A DNA stretch of 64,000 nucleotides from the human T2T-CHM13v2.0 reference genome, Homo sapiens (GCF_009914755.1 NC_060926.1), one strand, 5' to 3'. Counted from the stretch's first letter, positions 27,546-43,141 are shown. The notes: generated from the sequence alone by a model not told the origin. Made by a program: numbers and translations.

Positions 27546-29260
27546 CAGCTTTATGACAATAACAGCTTTAAAAACCCATCCATCTAGAATTCACTAGAGT
27601 GAGCAGAATGGGTTTAAAGCTCCCTGAAAGCCCCATTCTCTGATAATTATAATTTTCCCTGTCTGGGAGCTCTGTAAAATGCTCTATTCACATTTTAGAA
27701 GGGCTTCTCTTCATTTTACCTAATGTAGGGCTTGCTTTAGAAAACAATGTTATACCTGGGAAATTTGTTGCAAACAGTAAATGGTGATTGTTTAACATCA
27801 CAGTTGCATGAGGCAGTAATATAAGTTGGGTCTGAAAAAAGGCTGACCAAAAAAATTTAAAAAGAAAAGCCAGAGAATGGTATGTTCATAGAGAGCTTTG
27901 AAAAGTTTCTATATACCTTATTTCTGGCTAACACTAAAAATCTGCACAAGCAGAAAGTAGGGCCTAATCAGAGTTGTAAATTGCCTGTCATAAAACTGAA
28001 AATTTTCACCACACTACGTACTAACATACAGCCCCTTAGCAAAGGCTGGGAGCCTTATTGGTTCAAGGCACTTAAGACAATGCCTGCCAAACATTAGCTG
28101 AACAATGAGTTAGCCCAATTGGAGACATCAGTGGCTATGCTTGACAAAAAATACAGACATTACAAATTAATACAAGAAAGTCACTAAACAAACAGTGATG
28201 ACAACAACAACAACCAATAATAACAACAAAGTCAGGGAAGGGATTGGAGGTCTGAATTTGCTGCATTATGTTATTTAACATGTCCATCTTGCAACAAAAT
28301 AATTGTGAGACATGCAAGGACACAGGAAAGACCCTCAGGAAGCCCAGATACTGGACTTACTAGACAAAGACTTTAAATCAGCTATTGCAAATAGATGAAA
28401 AAAAGAGAAAGGAAATCTGGTATAAAGAAGTAAAGAGAAGTATGAGAATGATGCCTTACTAAGTTGAGACAACAAATAAAGAGATAAAAATTATAAAATA
28501 AATACCAAATATAGATTTGGGAGTTGAAAAGTCCAATATTTGAAATTAAAAATTCACTAGAGAGGCTCAACAGCAAATGTGAGCTGGTAGAAGGAAGAAT
28601 TGATTAACTTGAAGATTGTTCAATTGAGATGATCCATGTGAAGGAATCAAAACAAAACAAAAAGAGAAAAATAAACATGTGGGATAACATCAAGCAGACC
28701 AATATGCACATTATGACAATCAAAATGAAGAAGAGAAAGGGAAAGCATACTTAAAGAAATAATGACCATAGCCCTCCAAATTTGATGAAAAACATTAATC
28801 TAAAAATTCAAGAAATTTAACAAACTCCAGATGGAATTAACTCAATGAGATTTACACTTGAAACACATCATAAACTATCAAACCTGAGAGGCTCATTGAA
28901 GCAGCGAGAGAAAGACAACTAGATGTATACAAGGGATTCTCAAGGTATTCTCTAATATAATTCTCTTATCTTCTTCATATAAGCCAGAAGGCAGTAGAAA
29001 TGACCTTCTAAGCACTGAAAGAAAAAAGGCAATTAATCAAGAATTGTATGCCTGCAAAACTATCCTTCAAAAACAAAAGACAAATTAAGACATTCACAGA
29101 CAACCAAAAACTGAAGAATCTGTTATTAGTAGAACTTCTCTACATGAAATAGTAAAGGTTAATTCTTTAGACTGAATTGAAAAGTCACTAAACCAGTAAC
29201 TCCAGTCTATATGAAGACATGAAGTACATGGTTGAAAATAACTTGCTAAGATAAATGTAA

Positions 29261-29583
<323 letters not shown>

Positions 29584-30202
29584 TGAAACTCTTTTATTAT
29601 TTAAAAAACACCTGCATAAAACAATAATTATAAAACTGTGTTTATGTATTTTATGTGTAAGATAATTTATATGACAATAATAGAACAAAGGAGGTTGGAA
29701 GAAACAGAGCTCTATGAGACCAAGTATTGTGTTTCAATGAAATTAAGTTGGTATTAATCCAGACTAGATTGTTTCAAATTAAGATGTTAATTATAACTGG
29801 CAGAAAAACCACTAAGGAAAAAAATACACACATCATGTGTCTTAGGAGACACTCAAAAGAACACAAAAAAGAAGTGGACAAGAAACACTGAAAATTTGAG
29901 ACAAACAGTAAAACAAAATGGTAGAAATAAATCTAAACATATCAGTGATCATGACAAACGGGCTAAGTGCTCAAATTAAAATAAAGATTGTTAAACAGGA
30001 TTAAAGGAGTCCAGTGGTATATTCTTTCATAGAAGGATATAAACAGTAGGAGGTTAAATAAATGTTAAAATTAAAGCAATAGGAAAAGAAAGATAACAGC
30101 CAAATGAAAGCCAAAGAATAACTGCTGTAATTACAATAATACCAAACAAAATTGACTTTAAGATAAAAGCATCACTAAAGATAAAGGCAGTCAGTAATTA
30201 AT

Positions 30203-30372
30203 TGTATTAGTCCGTTCTTACATTGCTACAGATACACTATCTGGGACTAGGTAATCTATAAACAAAAAGGTTTAATTGACTCACATTTCCTCATGGTTGG
30301 GGAGGCCTCAGGAAACTTACAATCATTGCTGGAGGCAAAGGGGAAGCAGGCACCTTATCCACAAGGCAACAG

Positions 30373-30406
<34 letters not shown>

Positions 30407-30615
30407 GAGAGAGAGGAAGAGAGACAGAGAGAGAGAGAGGAAGTGTCGCACTTTAAAACCATCAGCTCTCATGAGAACGTACTCACTATTACGAGAACAG
30501 CATGGGGAAGACTGTCCCCATGATCCAATCACCTCCCAAAAGGTCCTTCCCCCAACACGTAGGGATTACAATTAGTGATAAGATTTGAGTGCGAACACAG
30601 AGCCAAACCATATCA
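30203..30615 (-). mobile_element. MST/THE1-type MaLR solo LTR with internal (GA)n
   Basis: tgtattagtccgttct...agccaaaccatatca; TSD ttaat/taaat; (GA)n 30372-30440. Confidence 0.85.
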
Positions 30616-33085
30616 TAAATATTCAAATGTCTATTTTGAACTTGTTTACAGCTAATCTTCAAAAATGCGCTTAAAAATTTTAACTGACAATACCACATTA
30701 ACAAATCAACAAATCTACCATTGTTTAAGATTTTAATACACTTGTCTCAGTAACTGATAGAGTTGAAAAATAAGACTTTTGTAGAAAATTCAACACATAT
30801 AACATGCTTGATCTAATGGTTATATGCAGAACACTACATCCAATAGGTGCATAGTATAAGTTTTAAACACACACCGAATGTTTAACAAAGCTAACCATTT
30901 GGTGAGCTATAAACAAATCTCAAAGACATTTCAAAGGACAACCTTCATACAGACAATATTCTTTTACTGAAATGTAATTAAGTTGCTAGAAAGAGAAGAC
31001 TTAGATTTAGAAAAAAAAAGATACTTTTAGAAATCATTTATAACTGAAAATGAAAATATTACACAATAAAACAGTGGAATGAAGCAAAAGCAGTACTCAG
31101 AGCAAAAACTATACCTTTAAATAATAGAAAACATACTGATGAATATAATGCAGTATTCATCTTTCTTAAGATATTGGGAAAAATATTAAACAAAACATAA
31201 AATGTTGGAAAGGAGAGAATTATGGAAACAGAAAATAATGATATTACCGTTTTTTAAAAAACACAAAAGAGGATTCAAAAGAACATAAGTCGGTTCTTTG
31301 AAAAAAAAACACAATGAAAGAGAAACACCTCTTACGATGATAAAAATGAATGTGCAAGTACACATAAACCGTATTAGAAATGAGAAAGAATTAACCCTAA
31401 ATAATGCAGACTTTAATAAGATACTATGAACAATGTTATCACACTAAATTTGAGAAACTTAGGTAAAATTGATAAATTCCTCAAATATGTTGTATACATT
31501 ACTCACCAGAAAACCTAATTTTCCCTAAAGTTTTGTTAATGGAGGATAAAGAGGACAAAAAATACTTTGGACAGCTAATCTTTGTATTCACAGGACACAC
31601 AAAAAAATCAAAATATTTTCAAATAGAATACTTAAAGTTTTAAGCTAGCTTCAAGGGCAGTCTTAATTATCATTGTCAGTAGCTATTTGCAGGGACCTAA
31701 TGTTCTATGCTATCTAACATAGAACCATAATTGTTGAATGAATACAGGAATAGATAGATTTGTTGTTGAAAATATCATTTCATATTATTAAATTCTTGTA
31801 ACACTGAAGGATGCAGAATAGGTCTAATTGTCATTCTGCAGAAAAAAGAAACAAAGACTAGGAAAGGTTAGGTGATCTGCCCAAGGTCACATAGCCTGTG
31901 TGATATGTGGGTTAAATTCCAATCCATGCATCCTGTATGTGAGACAGTATCTTTTGGGCTACAGTACTTTTAGGGCCATTTATTCACGCACCTAGTTTAG
32001 AAATTTACAGCAGTTCTGCTAAAGCAAATATTTGCTTTGTCCCTGCTATAAGAAGAGTGGGGGGGCCACCTCTTCATACTAAATCTAATAAACTGTTATA
32101 AGAATTTTAATAATTACTAATGTTTTAATTCATTAATGCATATCATGCTACTGATATTTCTTAAGAAATATTTAAAGTCCTGTTTCCATTAAGGTATGCA
32201 CTTTGATGTAATTAAAATGTTTTCTCCTACATTTCCAAACCAAACCAAATTTGTAACAAATAATGTAGAGAGAAAATTGTCACTCTATATTTATGTACGC
32301 TTTATTCAAATCAATAGGAAAAACCTCAAACATCAAGATCAAAGGTATGGTCTTGAATTTTTATACAAAAAATACGATCTAAAAAATCGCAATTCAATTT
32401 TCATCTATCATATTAGTAAGATTTTTTTTTAATTATAAAAGGCACACATAAAATGATGGTCAAAATGTTAATTGGTAAAAATTTTTTAAAAGATATTTGA
32501 TAATATGTAGCAAAAATCCATTCAACCCCTTTGACCCAGTAATTTCATTAGGGGGCTTAATTTTAAGAAAGATCTCAAAGTTGCAAAGTTGAAAAGAAAT
32601 GGTATTTATTGCAACAATATCATGGCAGTTTTTCCATGACGTGCATGAAACAATGGATACAAATAGTTTCTATGATAAATATGTTGTTAAACACTGTGGA
32701 ATTTTTAAAACTTTGTATTTTGAACTAAATTTAGACTTACAGAAAAGTTGCAAAGATAGTACAGAGGGTTCCCACATATCTGTCAAGCAGTGTCCCCTAA
32801 TGTTAACATCTTACATAACCACAGCACAATCAACAAAACCAGGAAGTGAATGTTGCTACAATACTATTCCCTAAACCTCAGAGTTTAATAGATTCACTTG
32901 TTTTTTCCATAAACATCCTTTTTCTATTCCAGGATCCTGTCCAGAATCTTGCATTGCAAAAAAACTGTTGTTATCTTCTTGGTCTTTTCCAATTAGTACA
33001 AGTTCCTTAGTCTTTTCTTATCTTTTATGATAAGGGGAAATATTAATGGCTTATATTGTTTGAGGAAAGCAGGGCACAGAACAGG

Positions 33086-33112
33086 ACACACACACACATA
33101 CATGTGCGCACG

Positions 33113-33157
<45 letters not shown>
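33086..33157. repeat. (CA)n/(CG)n alternating purine-pyrimidine tract
   Basis: 72 bp of unbroken RY alternation with a cgcgcgcgcg core. Confidence 0.95.
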
Positions 33158-33411
33158 CATGATCTCAACTACACAAAGAGAGAGCTGACTAGAAAAACAT
33201 CAAGAGAACCCAAAATGTTAAGAGTGCTTATCCTTAGGTGAAGGACCTCGGGCAATTATTTTCCTGCTTTTTTTACTTTCTCTATTTTAAAAAATACGTT
33301 ACAAAAATGTTCATCTAACATTTAAAACCAGAGAGGAAAAAGTACAACATAAAACAAAATTCTCTAAGCCAGAGAATTTTAAGCCAGAGTTTATTCTCTC
33401 ATTTAATCTGA

Positions 33412-33818
<407 letters not shown>

Positions 33819-33834
33819 GTCAATTATTTTTTTC

Positions 33835-34110
33835 TGTCTCTTTCTCTCTTCTTCCCTCCTTCCGTCCCTCCCTCCCTCCCTTGCTTCCTTCCCTCATACC
33901 TTTCATTTTTCTTTCTTTCTCTCCCCTTCCTCCCTTCCTCCCTCCCTGCCTTCCTGCCTTCCTTCCGTCCCTCTTTCTCTCTTCCTCCCTCCCTCCCTCC
34001 CTCCTTTCCTTCCTTCGTATTTTTTTTCTTTCTTTGTCTCTCCTTCCTTCCTTCCTTCTTCCTACCTTTCCTTCTTTTTTCTTTCTTTCTTTCTTTTCTC
34101 TTTCTTTCAT
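33835..34110. repeat. polypyrimidine (CCTT/CCCT/CTTT)n tract
   Basis: direct; probably the expanded tail of the adjacent minus-strand AluJ. Confidence 0.9.
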
Positions 34111-34111
34111 A

Positions 34112-34395
34112 ATGACAGGGTCTCTCTCTGTCACCCAGGCTGGAATGCAGTGGCATGATCATGGCTCACTGCAGCCTGGACCTCCTAAGCTCAAGCAATC
34201 CTGCTGTCTCAAGCGAGCCTCTTGAGTATCTGGGACTAAAGGCATATACCACCATGCCAAGCTAACGTGTTTTTTTAATTTTTATTTTTAGAGATGGGGT
34301 CTTACTATATTGCCCAGGCTGGTCTTGAACTCCTGGGCTCAAGAAATCCTCCCACCTTGGCCTACCAAAGTGCTGGGATTGCAACTGTCAGCCTC
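34112..34395 (-). mobile_element. AluJ
   Basis: gacagggtctc..gatcatggctcactgcagcct, gaactcctgggctcaag. Confidence 0.85.
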
Positions 34396-34404
34396 TATAC
34401 CCAC

Positions 34405-34587
34405 TTCCTTCCTTCCTTCCTCCCTCCCTCCCTCCCTTCCTTCCTTCCTTCCTTCCTTCCTATCTTCCTTCCTTCCATCCTTCCTTCCTTCCTTCCTTCC
34501 TTCCTTCCTTCCTTCCTTCCTTCCTTCCTTCCTATCTTCCTTCCTTCCTTCCTTCCTTCCTTCCTTCCTTCCTTCCTTCCTTCCTTC
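34405..34587. repeat. (TTCC)n / GGAA microsatellite
   Basis: pure runs of 13 (34481-34532) and 12 (34537-34584) units. Confidence 0.95.
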
Positions 34588-34639
34588 TACTCTCTTTTTT
34601 TCTTTATTCTTTCTTGCCAATATCTAAATACACCAAGTA

Positions 34640-34738
34640 AACGAGGAGGAGGATCGCTTAAGTCCAGGAGCTCAAGATCATTCTGGGCAACTTAGCAAGA
34701 CACCATCCTTAAAAAAATAATAATAAAAATAAATAAAT
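34640..34738 (+). mobile_element. partial Alu monomer (FLAM/AluJ-like)
   Basis: ggaggatcgcttaagtccaggagctcaagatc..ctgggcaac plus A-rich tail. Confidence 0.65.
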
Positions 34739-34894
34739 ATGTGTGCCAAGCAGGAACTACTCAAATATGAGTGGTTTAGAGGTATAAAGCACGGAATGTC
34801 ACCTTATCTAGAGAGTATTGGAAATACGAATGCTCCCTGAAGACAATGGACAATGTAAGAATCCATCTGAACTGCACTTTCTTCGTCTTCTTCT

Positions 34895-35168
34895 CTTATT
34901 TTAGAGATACAGACTCAGTCTGTCACCCAGGCTGGAGTGCAATGGCGCAATCATAGCTCATTGCAGTTCTAACTCCTGGGCTCAAGCAAGCCTCCCGCCT
35001 CAGCCTCCTGAGTAGCTGGGACTAAAACTGCACCTGGCTATTTGTATTTTGTTGAGACAGGGTCCTGTTATGTTGCCCAGGCTGGTCTTAAATTCCTGGC
35101 CTCAAGTGATCCTCCTGCCTCTGGGTCCAAAGCACTGGGATTATAGCCATGATCCACAACGCCCAGCC
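34895..35168 (-). mobile_element. AluJ
   Basis: degenerate Alu; flanks ctgaactgcac/ctgaactgtac. Confidence 0.85.
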
Positions 35169-35758
35169 TGAACTGTACCTTTTTGACAGTAGGAAGAATG
35201 TTCTTCACCTTCTCTGTCTGAAAACCCCCTGGGAAATCTTGATGAGCACTGAATCATGCCTTTACAGAACAAAGACTGAATAAATATGTCCACTGCAGTC
35301 ACCTTCTATCCAGAAGGTGCTAGGAACAAGAGACTGATGTTCCTGATCATCGATCATGAGGGCATTTTAGGGTAACACATTCTTGGCTGATTCTTCATAA
35401 TGGCTATTTTTGTCACCTTCTAGCTTCTCATCAAGGTGAATGACAGCCAAGTCCTAAAAAAGAAGAGCACTCTTTCTTTGCAGGTGGAGAGGACAAGGAG
35501 CTCCAGTGACAGGGGCTCTCACTTCACAATTGTGGGGAAGGGACCACAGGCACAGGGAGGTGAGAGCTGCTCCCATTAAAGGCTAGGAAACATTCCTCTG
35601 GTGCCATGGAACAAAGGGCAGCAGGAGACACCTGCCTGGCTGGGCCCCAGAGAAGCCTACCTGCAGAAATGGAAAGAACTTGCCATTTTGAGCCAGTGGA
35701 GCCTGGGTCTGGATTTTGGCTTACTCACGTGCAATAACATTTGCCATTTATTGAGCAC

Positions 35759-36114
35759 CGATAAGGTTTGGCTGTGTCCCCACCCAAATCTCACCTTGAA
35801 TTGTAATAATCCCCATGTGTCAAGGGCAGGGCCAGGTGGAGATAATTGAATCATGGGGACAATTTTCCTCATACTGTTCTCGTGGTAGTGAATAAGTCTC
35901 ATGAGATCCGATGGTTTTATAAATGGGAGTTCCCCTGCACAAGCTCTCTTGCCTGCTGCCATGTAAGACATGACTTTGTTCCTCGTTCACCTTCTGCCAT
36001 GATTGTGAGGCCTCCTGAGCCATGCTGAACTGTGAGTCAATTAAACCGCTTTTCATTATAAATTACCCGGTCTCAGATATTTCTTTATTCGCAGCATGAG
36101 AACAGACTAATGCA
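35759..36114 (+). mobile_element. THE1-type MaLR solo LTR inserted in a MIR
   Basis: gataaggtttggctgtgtccccacccaaatctc...cagactaatgca; perfect TSD agcac (35754-35758, 36115-36119). Confidence 0.9.
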
Positions 36115-37034
36115 AGCACCTACTATATTATTTTCCTCAGTGCTTAATCTGTAACAACCCTGCAAGATAGGCAACATAAATCCATTTTATATCCAAGGAA
36201 TCTGGGACCCTTATAGGGTATGTAGCAGTGGGCTTTGTAATCTGAGATTCCATTTCCCCCTCTGTCTGATGAGAATAACACTCCCTTTCTCCTAAAGCTG
36301 TTGGGATTAAAGGAACCACACAGAAGAAGCACTGAACGTATTTCCTAAAACCCAGTAGGCACTAAGGAGGAGTCGTTCTTTGATACTCAGATTCCACAGT
36401 GATGATGTTTCTGGGATGCTACGCCTGAAGTGTGATCTGGTTTAGATTTTTTAATGTAAGCCTAGAATCCCAAGGATCTGCCAGCAACAGAAACTCTTCT
36501 TGGAATCTTCTTGAAATGCAAACAGTTTAAAGGTCACTGAAAACTTCATCCAGCATATATTTATATTTGTCTGGTAAGCTCTTGAGGAGAATTTTCCAGG
36601 AGATGGTGACATCCCAGGAGACTTCTTGCTGAGGCTCCTGTAACTCATTTTCTGTGTTTTTTGGCCTCTGCCTTCTGAAAGGAAAAGGGAACTCAGTAAA
36701 AAATGTTAAACAAGGCCAAAGATATAAATATTTTTTTAAAAGCACTGAATAAAAAGTGTTAGAAGCCACTGTTGCAGGGAGGTTTTTCAGCCACCAGTGC
36801 CAAACAGAAGACTCATCTTAGCACCCAGGAATGTTCTTCCTTCAGGCTTCCTGGGGCTCCAGGCATCTAGAATGAGGGGTGTTCTGTGTCCTTATTGACA
36901 TGCATTTGGAGACATGAGAGGCGGGTAAATCAAGTGAGCTGTCTGCAAAATGCTCCAGCAGGCGAGTGTAGGGGATGCTCCAGGCTTCTGTACTACAATT
37001 ATTGTTCTTTGAATATAAACAGGCAGTTAAGAAT

Positions 37035-37285
37035 GATAGATAGGTAAATTAGATAGATAAATAGATAGATGGATAGATAGATATGGGTGGATGGATAGAT
37101 ACATAGATGGATAGATAGATAAATAGGTGAATGGATAGAGAGATGGATGGATAGATAAATAGATGGATAGATATAGATAGATACAGATGAATAATAGATA
37201 TAATTATAGATACATACATAGATTATTATAGATAAGTAGATAGGTACATAGATCAATAGAGTTAGGTAGGTAGGTAGATAGGACA
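37035..37285. repeat. compound (GATA/GATG/GGTA)n tetranucleotide repeat
   Basis: direct. Confidence 0.9.
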
Positions 37286-37551
37286 GACTAAAAATGATCA
37301 GTTTTTAATTTATTACTAAGTGTGTGCTTTAAAACAAACCCACAGAGTTAAATTAACTTAAAACTTCTTTTTGGAGTAGAGTTCTGTGAGATTTAACACA
37401 GGTATCTGTTCATGTTATCACCACCACAATCAGAACGTAGAATGCTGCCATCACCTCAACAAACTCCTTTATGCCACCCCTCTGTAGTCACACTTTCCCC
37501 TACTTCTAAGCTCTGGCAACCCCTGATAATTACTCTATTGCTACAGATTTA

Positions 37552-37872
<321 letters not shown>

Positions 37873-38030
37873 ATATATATGTATATATATGGAGCCATAC
37901 ATTATAACAGTATATGACCTTTTGAGCCTGACTTCTTTCATGCAGCCTAACACTTTCAAGAGTATGCAAATTGTTGCACATACCAATAGTGTGTTCCTTT
38001 TTGTTACTCAGTAGTATTCTATTGTATGCA

Positions 38031-38335
38031 TGTGTGGTGGAAAGAATAGTTGCCCCAAAGATGTTCTCATGCTAATCCTAAAAAGCCCAGAACATGTTAC
38101 CCTACATAACTAAAGGTACTTTCTGGAAGTGATTAAGGATCTTGACATGGGGAGATTTTTCTAGATTATCCAGGTGGTCCCAAGGTAATCATATGAGTCC
38201 TTATGAGAGGGAAGAAAGACGTTTAATTAGAAAAATGGCTGTGACAAGAGAAACAGAGGTTGGAGTGCTGTGCTTTGAAGAAAGAGGAAGGAGCTGAGTG
38301 CCATGGGATGCAGGAGGCCTCTGGAAGTTGGAAGG
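38031..38335 (+). mobile_element. MLT1D-like LTR fragment
   Basis: tgtggtggaaagaatag..ccccaaagatgt..gattaaggatcttgacatggggagatt..gattatccaggtgg. Confidence 0.7.
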
Positions 38336-38607
38336 ATGGACAATAGTTTGTTCATTAATCCGTTGAAGGATATATGGATTATTTCAAGTTTTAGGTTTTT
38401 CTAAATAGGAATTTTATGAAAATTTATATAGAAGTTTTTGTGTGAACCTAAGTTTCTAATTCTCTAGGGTCCTGGGCCCTCTATTAAGTATATGTTTAAC
38501 TTTATAAGAAACTGTCAGAAATGTCTCTTAGATGGCTGCACTATTTTTCACATCCAGTAATAACAAATGAGAGTTGCAGTTTCTTTTTATACTTGGCAGC
38601 GCGTGGC

Positions 38608-38609
<2 letters not shown>

Positions 38610-38646
<37 letters not shown>
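38610..38646. repeat. (TG)n microsatellite
   Basis: direct. Confidence 0.95.
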
Positions 38647-38647
<1 letters not shown>

Positions 38648-38859
38648 GATCGTTGCAATTCTAGTAGGTGTACTAGTGATACATAAATGTGATTTTATTT
38701 TGCATTTCCCTAATGGCTAACAACATTCAACATCTCATACTTATTTGCTATCCTTAGATTTTTGTTAACATGTCTGCTTAAATCTTTTTGCCCAAGCTTT
38801 AAAACTGAATGTTTTTTGTCAGTTTGTTTGTTTGTTTTTTGGGGGAGTGGTTTGTTTCT

Positions 38860-39168
38860 GTTTTTGTTTTTGTTTTTTTGAGACAGGGTCTGGCTCTGTC
38901 ACCCAGGCTGGAGTGCAGTGGTGTAATCTTGGCTCACTGCAACCTTGCAACCTCTGTCTTCCAGGCTCAAGCCATCCTCCTACCTCAGCCTCCCGAGTAG
39001 CTGGAACTACAAACGTGCACCACCATGTCTGGCTAATTTTTTATTTTTTGTAGGGATAGGGTCTTACTTTGTTGCCCAGGCTGGTCTTGAACTCCTGAGG
39101 TCATGTGAGCCACCTGTTGCAGCCTCCCAAAGTGCTGGGATTACAGGCATGAGCCACTGCACCTGGCC
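38860..39168 (-). mobile_element. AluJ
   Basis: gagacagggtctggctctgtc..ccaggctcaagccatcctcc. Confidence 0.85.
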
Positions 39169-39401
39169 CATTGTTTGCTTATTGTTGCGTTTTTGAGAAT
39201 TACTTGAAATTGTAGATGTAAGTCTTTTGTTCTAGATTTGTGATTCATGAATACTTTGTCTTAGCCTGTAGCTTATCTTTTTTGATATTTAAAAAGTTAT
39301 CTTTTATAGAGCAAAAGTTTATGATAAAATCTAATTTATGATAAAATCTAATTTATTATATTTTCTTTAGTGGATTATACTTTTATTTTTGCCTAAGCCC
39401 G

Positions 39402-39765
39402 TATATTAGTCTGTTCTCATGCTACTAATAAAGACACATCTGAGACTGGGAAATTTATAAAGGAAAGAGGTTTAATGGACTCACAGTTCAACATGGCTAG
39501 GGAGGCCTCACAATCTTGGCAGAAGGCAAAGGAGAAGCAAAGGCATGTCTTACATGGCAGCAGGCAAGAGAGCTTGTGTAGGGGAACTCCCCTTTGTAAA
39601 ACCAACAGATCTCATGAGACTTATTCACTACCAGAAGAACAGCATAGGAAAGACCCACCTCCATGATTCAGTTACCTCCCACCAGGTCTCTCCCACAATA
39701 TGTGTGAATTATGGGAGCTACAATTCAAGATGAGATTTGGGTGGGGACACAGTCAAACCATATTA
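39402..39765 (-). mobile_element. THE1-type MaLR solo LTR
   Basis: tattagtctgttctcatgct..tgagatttgggtggggacacagtcaaaccata. Confidence 0.9.
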
Positions 39766-41740
39766 ACCCATGTGAGATTTTTGTTCTATTTTTATTGTAA
39801 ATAGTTTATAGTTTTATGTTTTACATTTAGCTCAATGATCCATTTTGAATCAAGTGTTTAATAAGATGGGACTATTAGATCTAGGTTTATTGCTTTGTAT
39901 GAGGATTTCCAAATTTTCTAACCCCTTTTGAAAATATTGGTTTTTTTTTCATTAAATTGCTTTCACCTCTGTGTAGTCTTATTTTTGGATTCTGTGGTAT
40001 ATTCCATTAATCAATGCATCCCTTTACCAATATTACAGTGCCATGATTACTGTAGCTTTTTGGTAAGTCTTAAAGTTGATTACTATAATTCTTCCATCTC
40101 TATTCTTTCCCAAAATTGTTTTTGTTAGTACCTTTGTATTTCAACATAAATTTAAAATTATCTTTTCTATACTGGAAAAAAAACCCTGCAGGGATTTTAA
40201 ATTTGATTGATATTGCATTAAGACCACGTATTAGTTAGAGGGAATGGATTTTTTTTGCTACACTGAGAATTTCTATCTATAAATGGTGTATGTCTCTCCA
40301 ATTATTTAGGTTTTCTATGGGTTTTTAATCAGCATTTTTAAGTATGTAGAAGAATATGAATCCTGTGCAAGTTTTACTAGATTTACATCTATTTTATTTA
40401 TTGACACTTTGGAAAATTACCTTGCTCTTTTACTTTTGATTCCCAATCATTTGTTGGTATTGTAGTGTAGTCTTTGTGTGAAGACCATATATTCTATGAG
40501 CTTGCTAAACTGACTTATTAGTTCTAGGAGTTTTTCTATCAATTATTGGGATTTTTCTATGCAGAAAATCATGTACTCTGAAAGTACAGACATTTTAAGT
40601 TCTTTCTTTACAATATATGTGTCTTTTTTTTCTTGCCTTATTGTACTGAATAGGTCTTTCAGAATGGCATTGGATAGGAGTAGCGAGACTGAACATCCAG
40701 CATTTTTTTTCCATTATAGTGGAAAACATTAAATTTTTTGTCATTAAATATGATGTTACCTATAGTTTATTTTAGATGCCTGCTATCCAATTGGGGAAAT
40801 GCTTTTTCAATGTTAGTTTGCAAGGAGTTTTTCTCAAGAATGTGTGCTGAATTTTTTCAATTTTTTTTGTATCAAATAATATGATAAAGTGACTTTCTCC
40901 TTTATGTTTCTATATTGTAAATGACTCGCTTGATTTTCAAATAGTAATCCAGCTTTGAATTCCCAAGAAAAACAATTATTGGTTGTGATAAATGATTTTT
41001 AAATATACTGTTAGAGTTGTTTTACTAATATATTTTTATAATTTAGGTATCTATATTTTTGAGGGATATTGGTCTGAAGTTTTCTCATTCATACAGTCTA
41101 TTTCTAGTTTTGGGATCAAGGTAATGTAGGCCCTATAACATTAATTGGGAAGTATTCTTTTCAGTTCTATTAACTGAAAGAGATTTTTATAGAATTGGTA
41201 CTATTGGGCCCATGGGATCTACATTTTTGGTATATTTTTTAAGCTAATAATTCGAATCTCTTCATAGTTATTGTATTATTCAAATTACCAATATAATCTT
41301 GGTTGTATTACAGTTGTTTTAGTTGTTTTTGAGAAATTGGTCTGCTTCATCTAAGTTGCCAATTGTATGCACACAGAAGTATTTGCAGTATTTCCTTATT
41401 ATCCTTGTAATATTTGTGGGCTCTTTAGTGGTATTCCTTCTTCCATTTCTGATATTGGCAATGCATATCTTCTCTCTCTCTCTCTTCTCTCTGTCATCTT
41501 TCTGTCTCTGTTTCTCTCTTTCTCCCTCTCTCTCTCTGTCTCTCACTTTTCTGTCTTGCTACAGGTATAACTATTTTACTCTTCTATTCAAAAAAAAATT
41601 TTGTTTCATTGTTTCTCTTTATCATTTTTCCATTTATAATATATTGATTTCTGTTCTTAACTTTATTCCCTTCCTTTTGCTTGCCTTGTCATTATTTTGT
41701 TCTTTTTCTATTTTTTGACAGTAAAAACTTATATAATTGA

Positions 41741-42065
<325 letters not shown>

Positions 42066-42278
42066 TCTTTTCTTTCTTTCTTATATAAGCATTTAATGTT
42101 ATCAATATTCCTCTAAGTATTTTTAACTATATCCCACAATGTTATGAGATGTTTTATTTTCATTTTTATTCATTTTTCTTATTTACCTTGTAACTTCCTC
42201 TGTGTCTTGTTTAATTTGCACATGTTTAGATATTTTATTATCTCTCTGTTATTGTTTCCTAGTTTAATTCTACATGGC

Positions 42279-42690
42279 CTGCAGTGGTTTGAATTGTGTG
42301 CCCCCAACATTTATATGTTGAAGATATAATTCCCCAGTGCCGTAGAATATGGTTATATTTGGAGGCATGGCCTTTAAAGAAGTACTTAAGTTAAAATGGG
42401 GTAATTAGAATGGACCCTAATCTAATATGACTAGAACCCTTATAATAAGAGGAGATTCAGACACAGACAACATAGACAAGGGGATGACCATCAGACACAG
42501 AGAGAAGGAGGCCATCCTCAAGCCAAGTAGAGAGAAGTAAGAAAAAACTGTACCTGCCACCCCCTTGATCTTGGACTTCTAGCCTCTGGAATTGTGAGAA
42601 AAGACCATTAAGTTGCTTAAGCTACCCAGTCTATAGTTTTTGCCACCCAGTCTGTGGTTTCGTTACGGCAGCCCTAGCAAACGAATGCAT
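42279..42690 (+). mobile_element. MLT1B-like solo LTR
   Basis: ggtttgaattgtgtgcccccaa..gcctttaaagaagt..cggcagccctagcaaacgaatgca. Confidence 0.8.
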
Positions 42691-42718
42691 GGTTCAAGAA
42701 CATACTTTGTATTATTTA

Positions 42719-43141
<423 letters not shown>

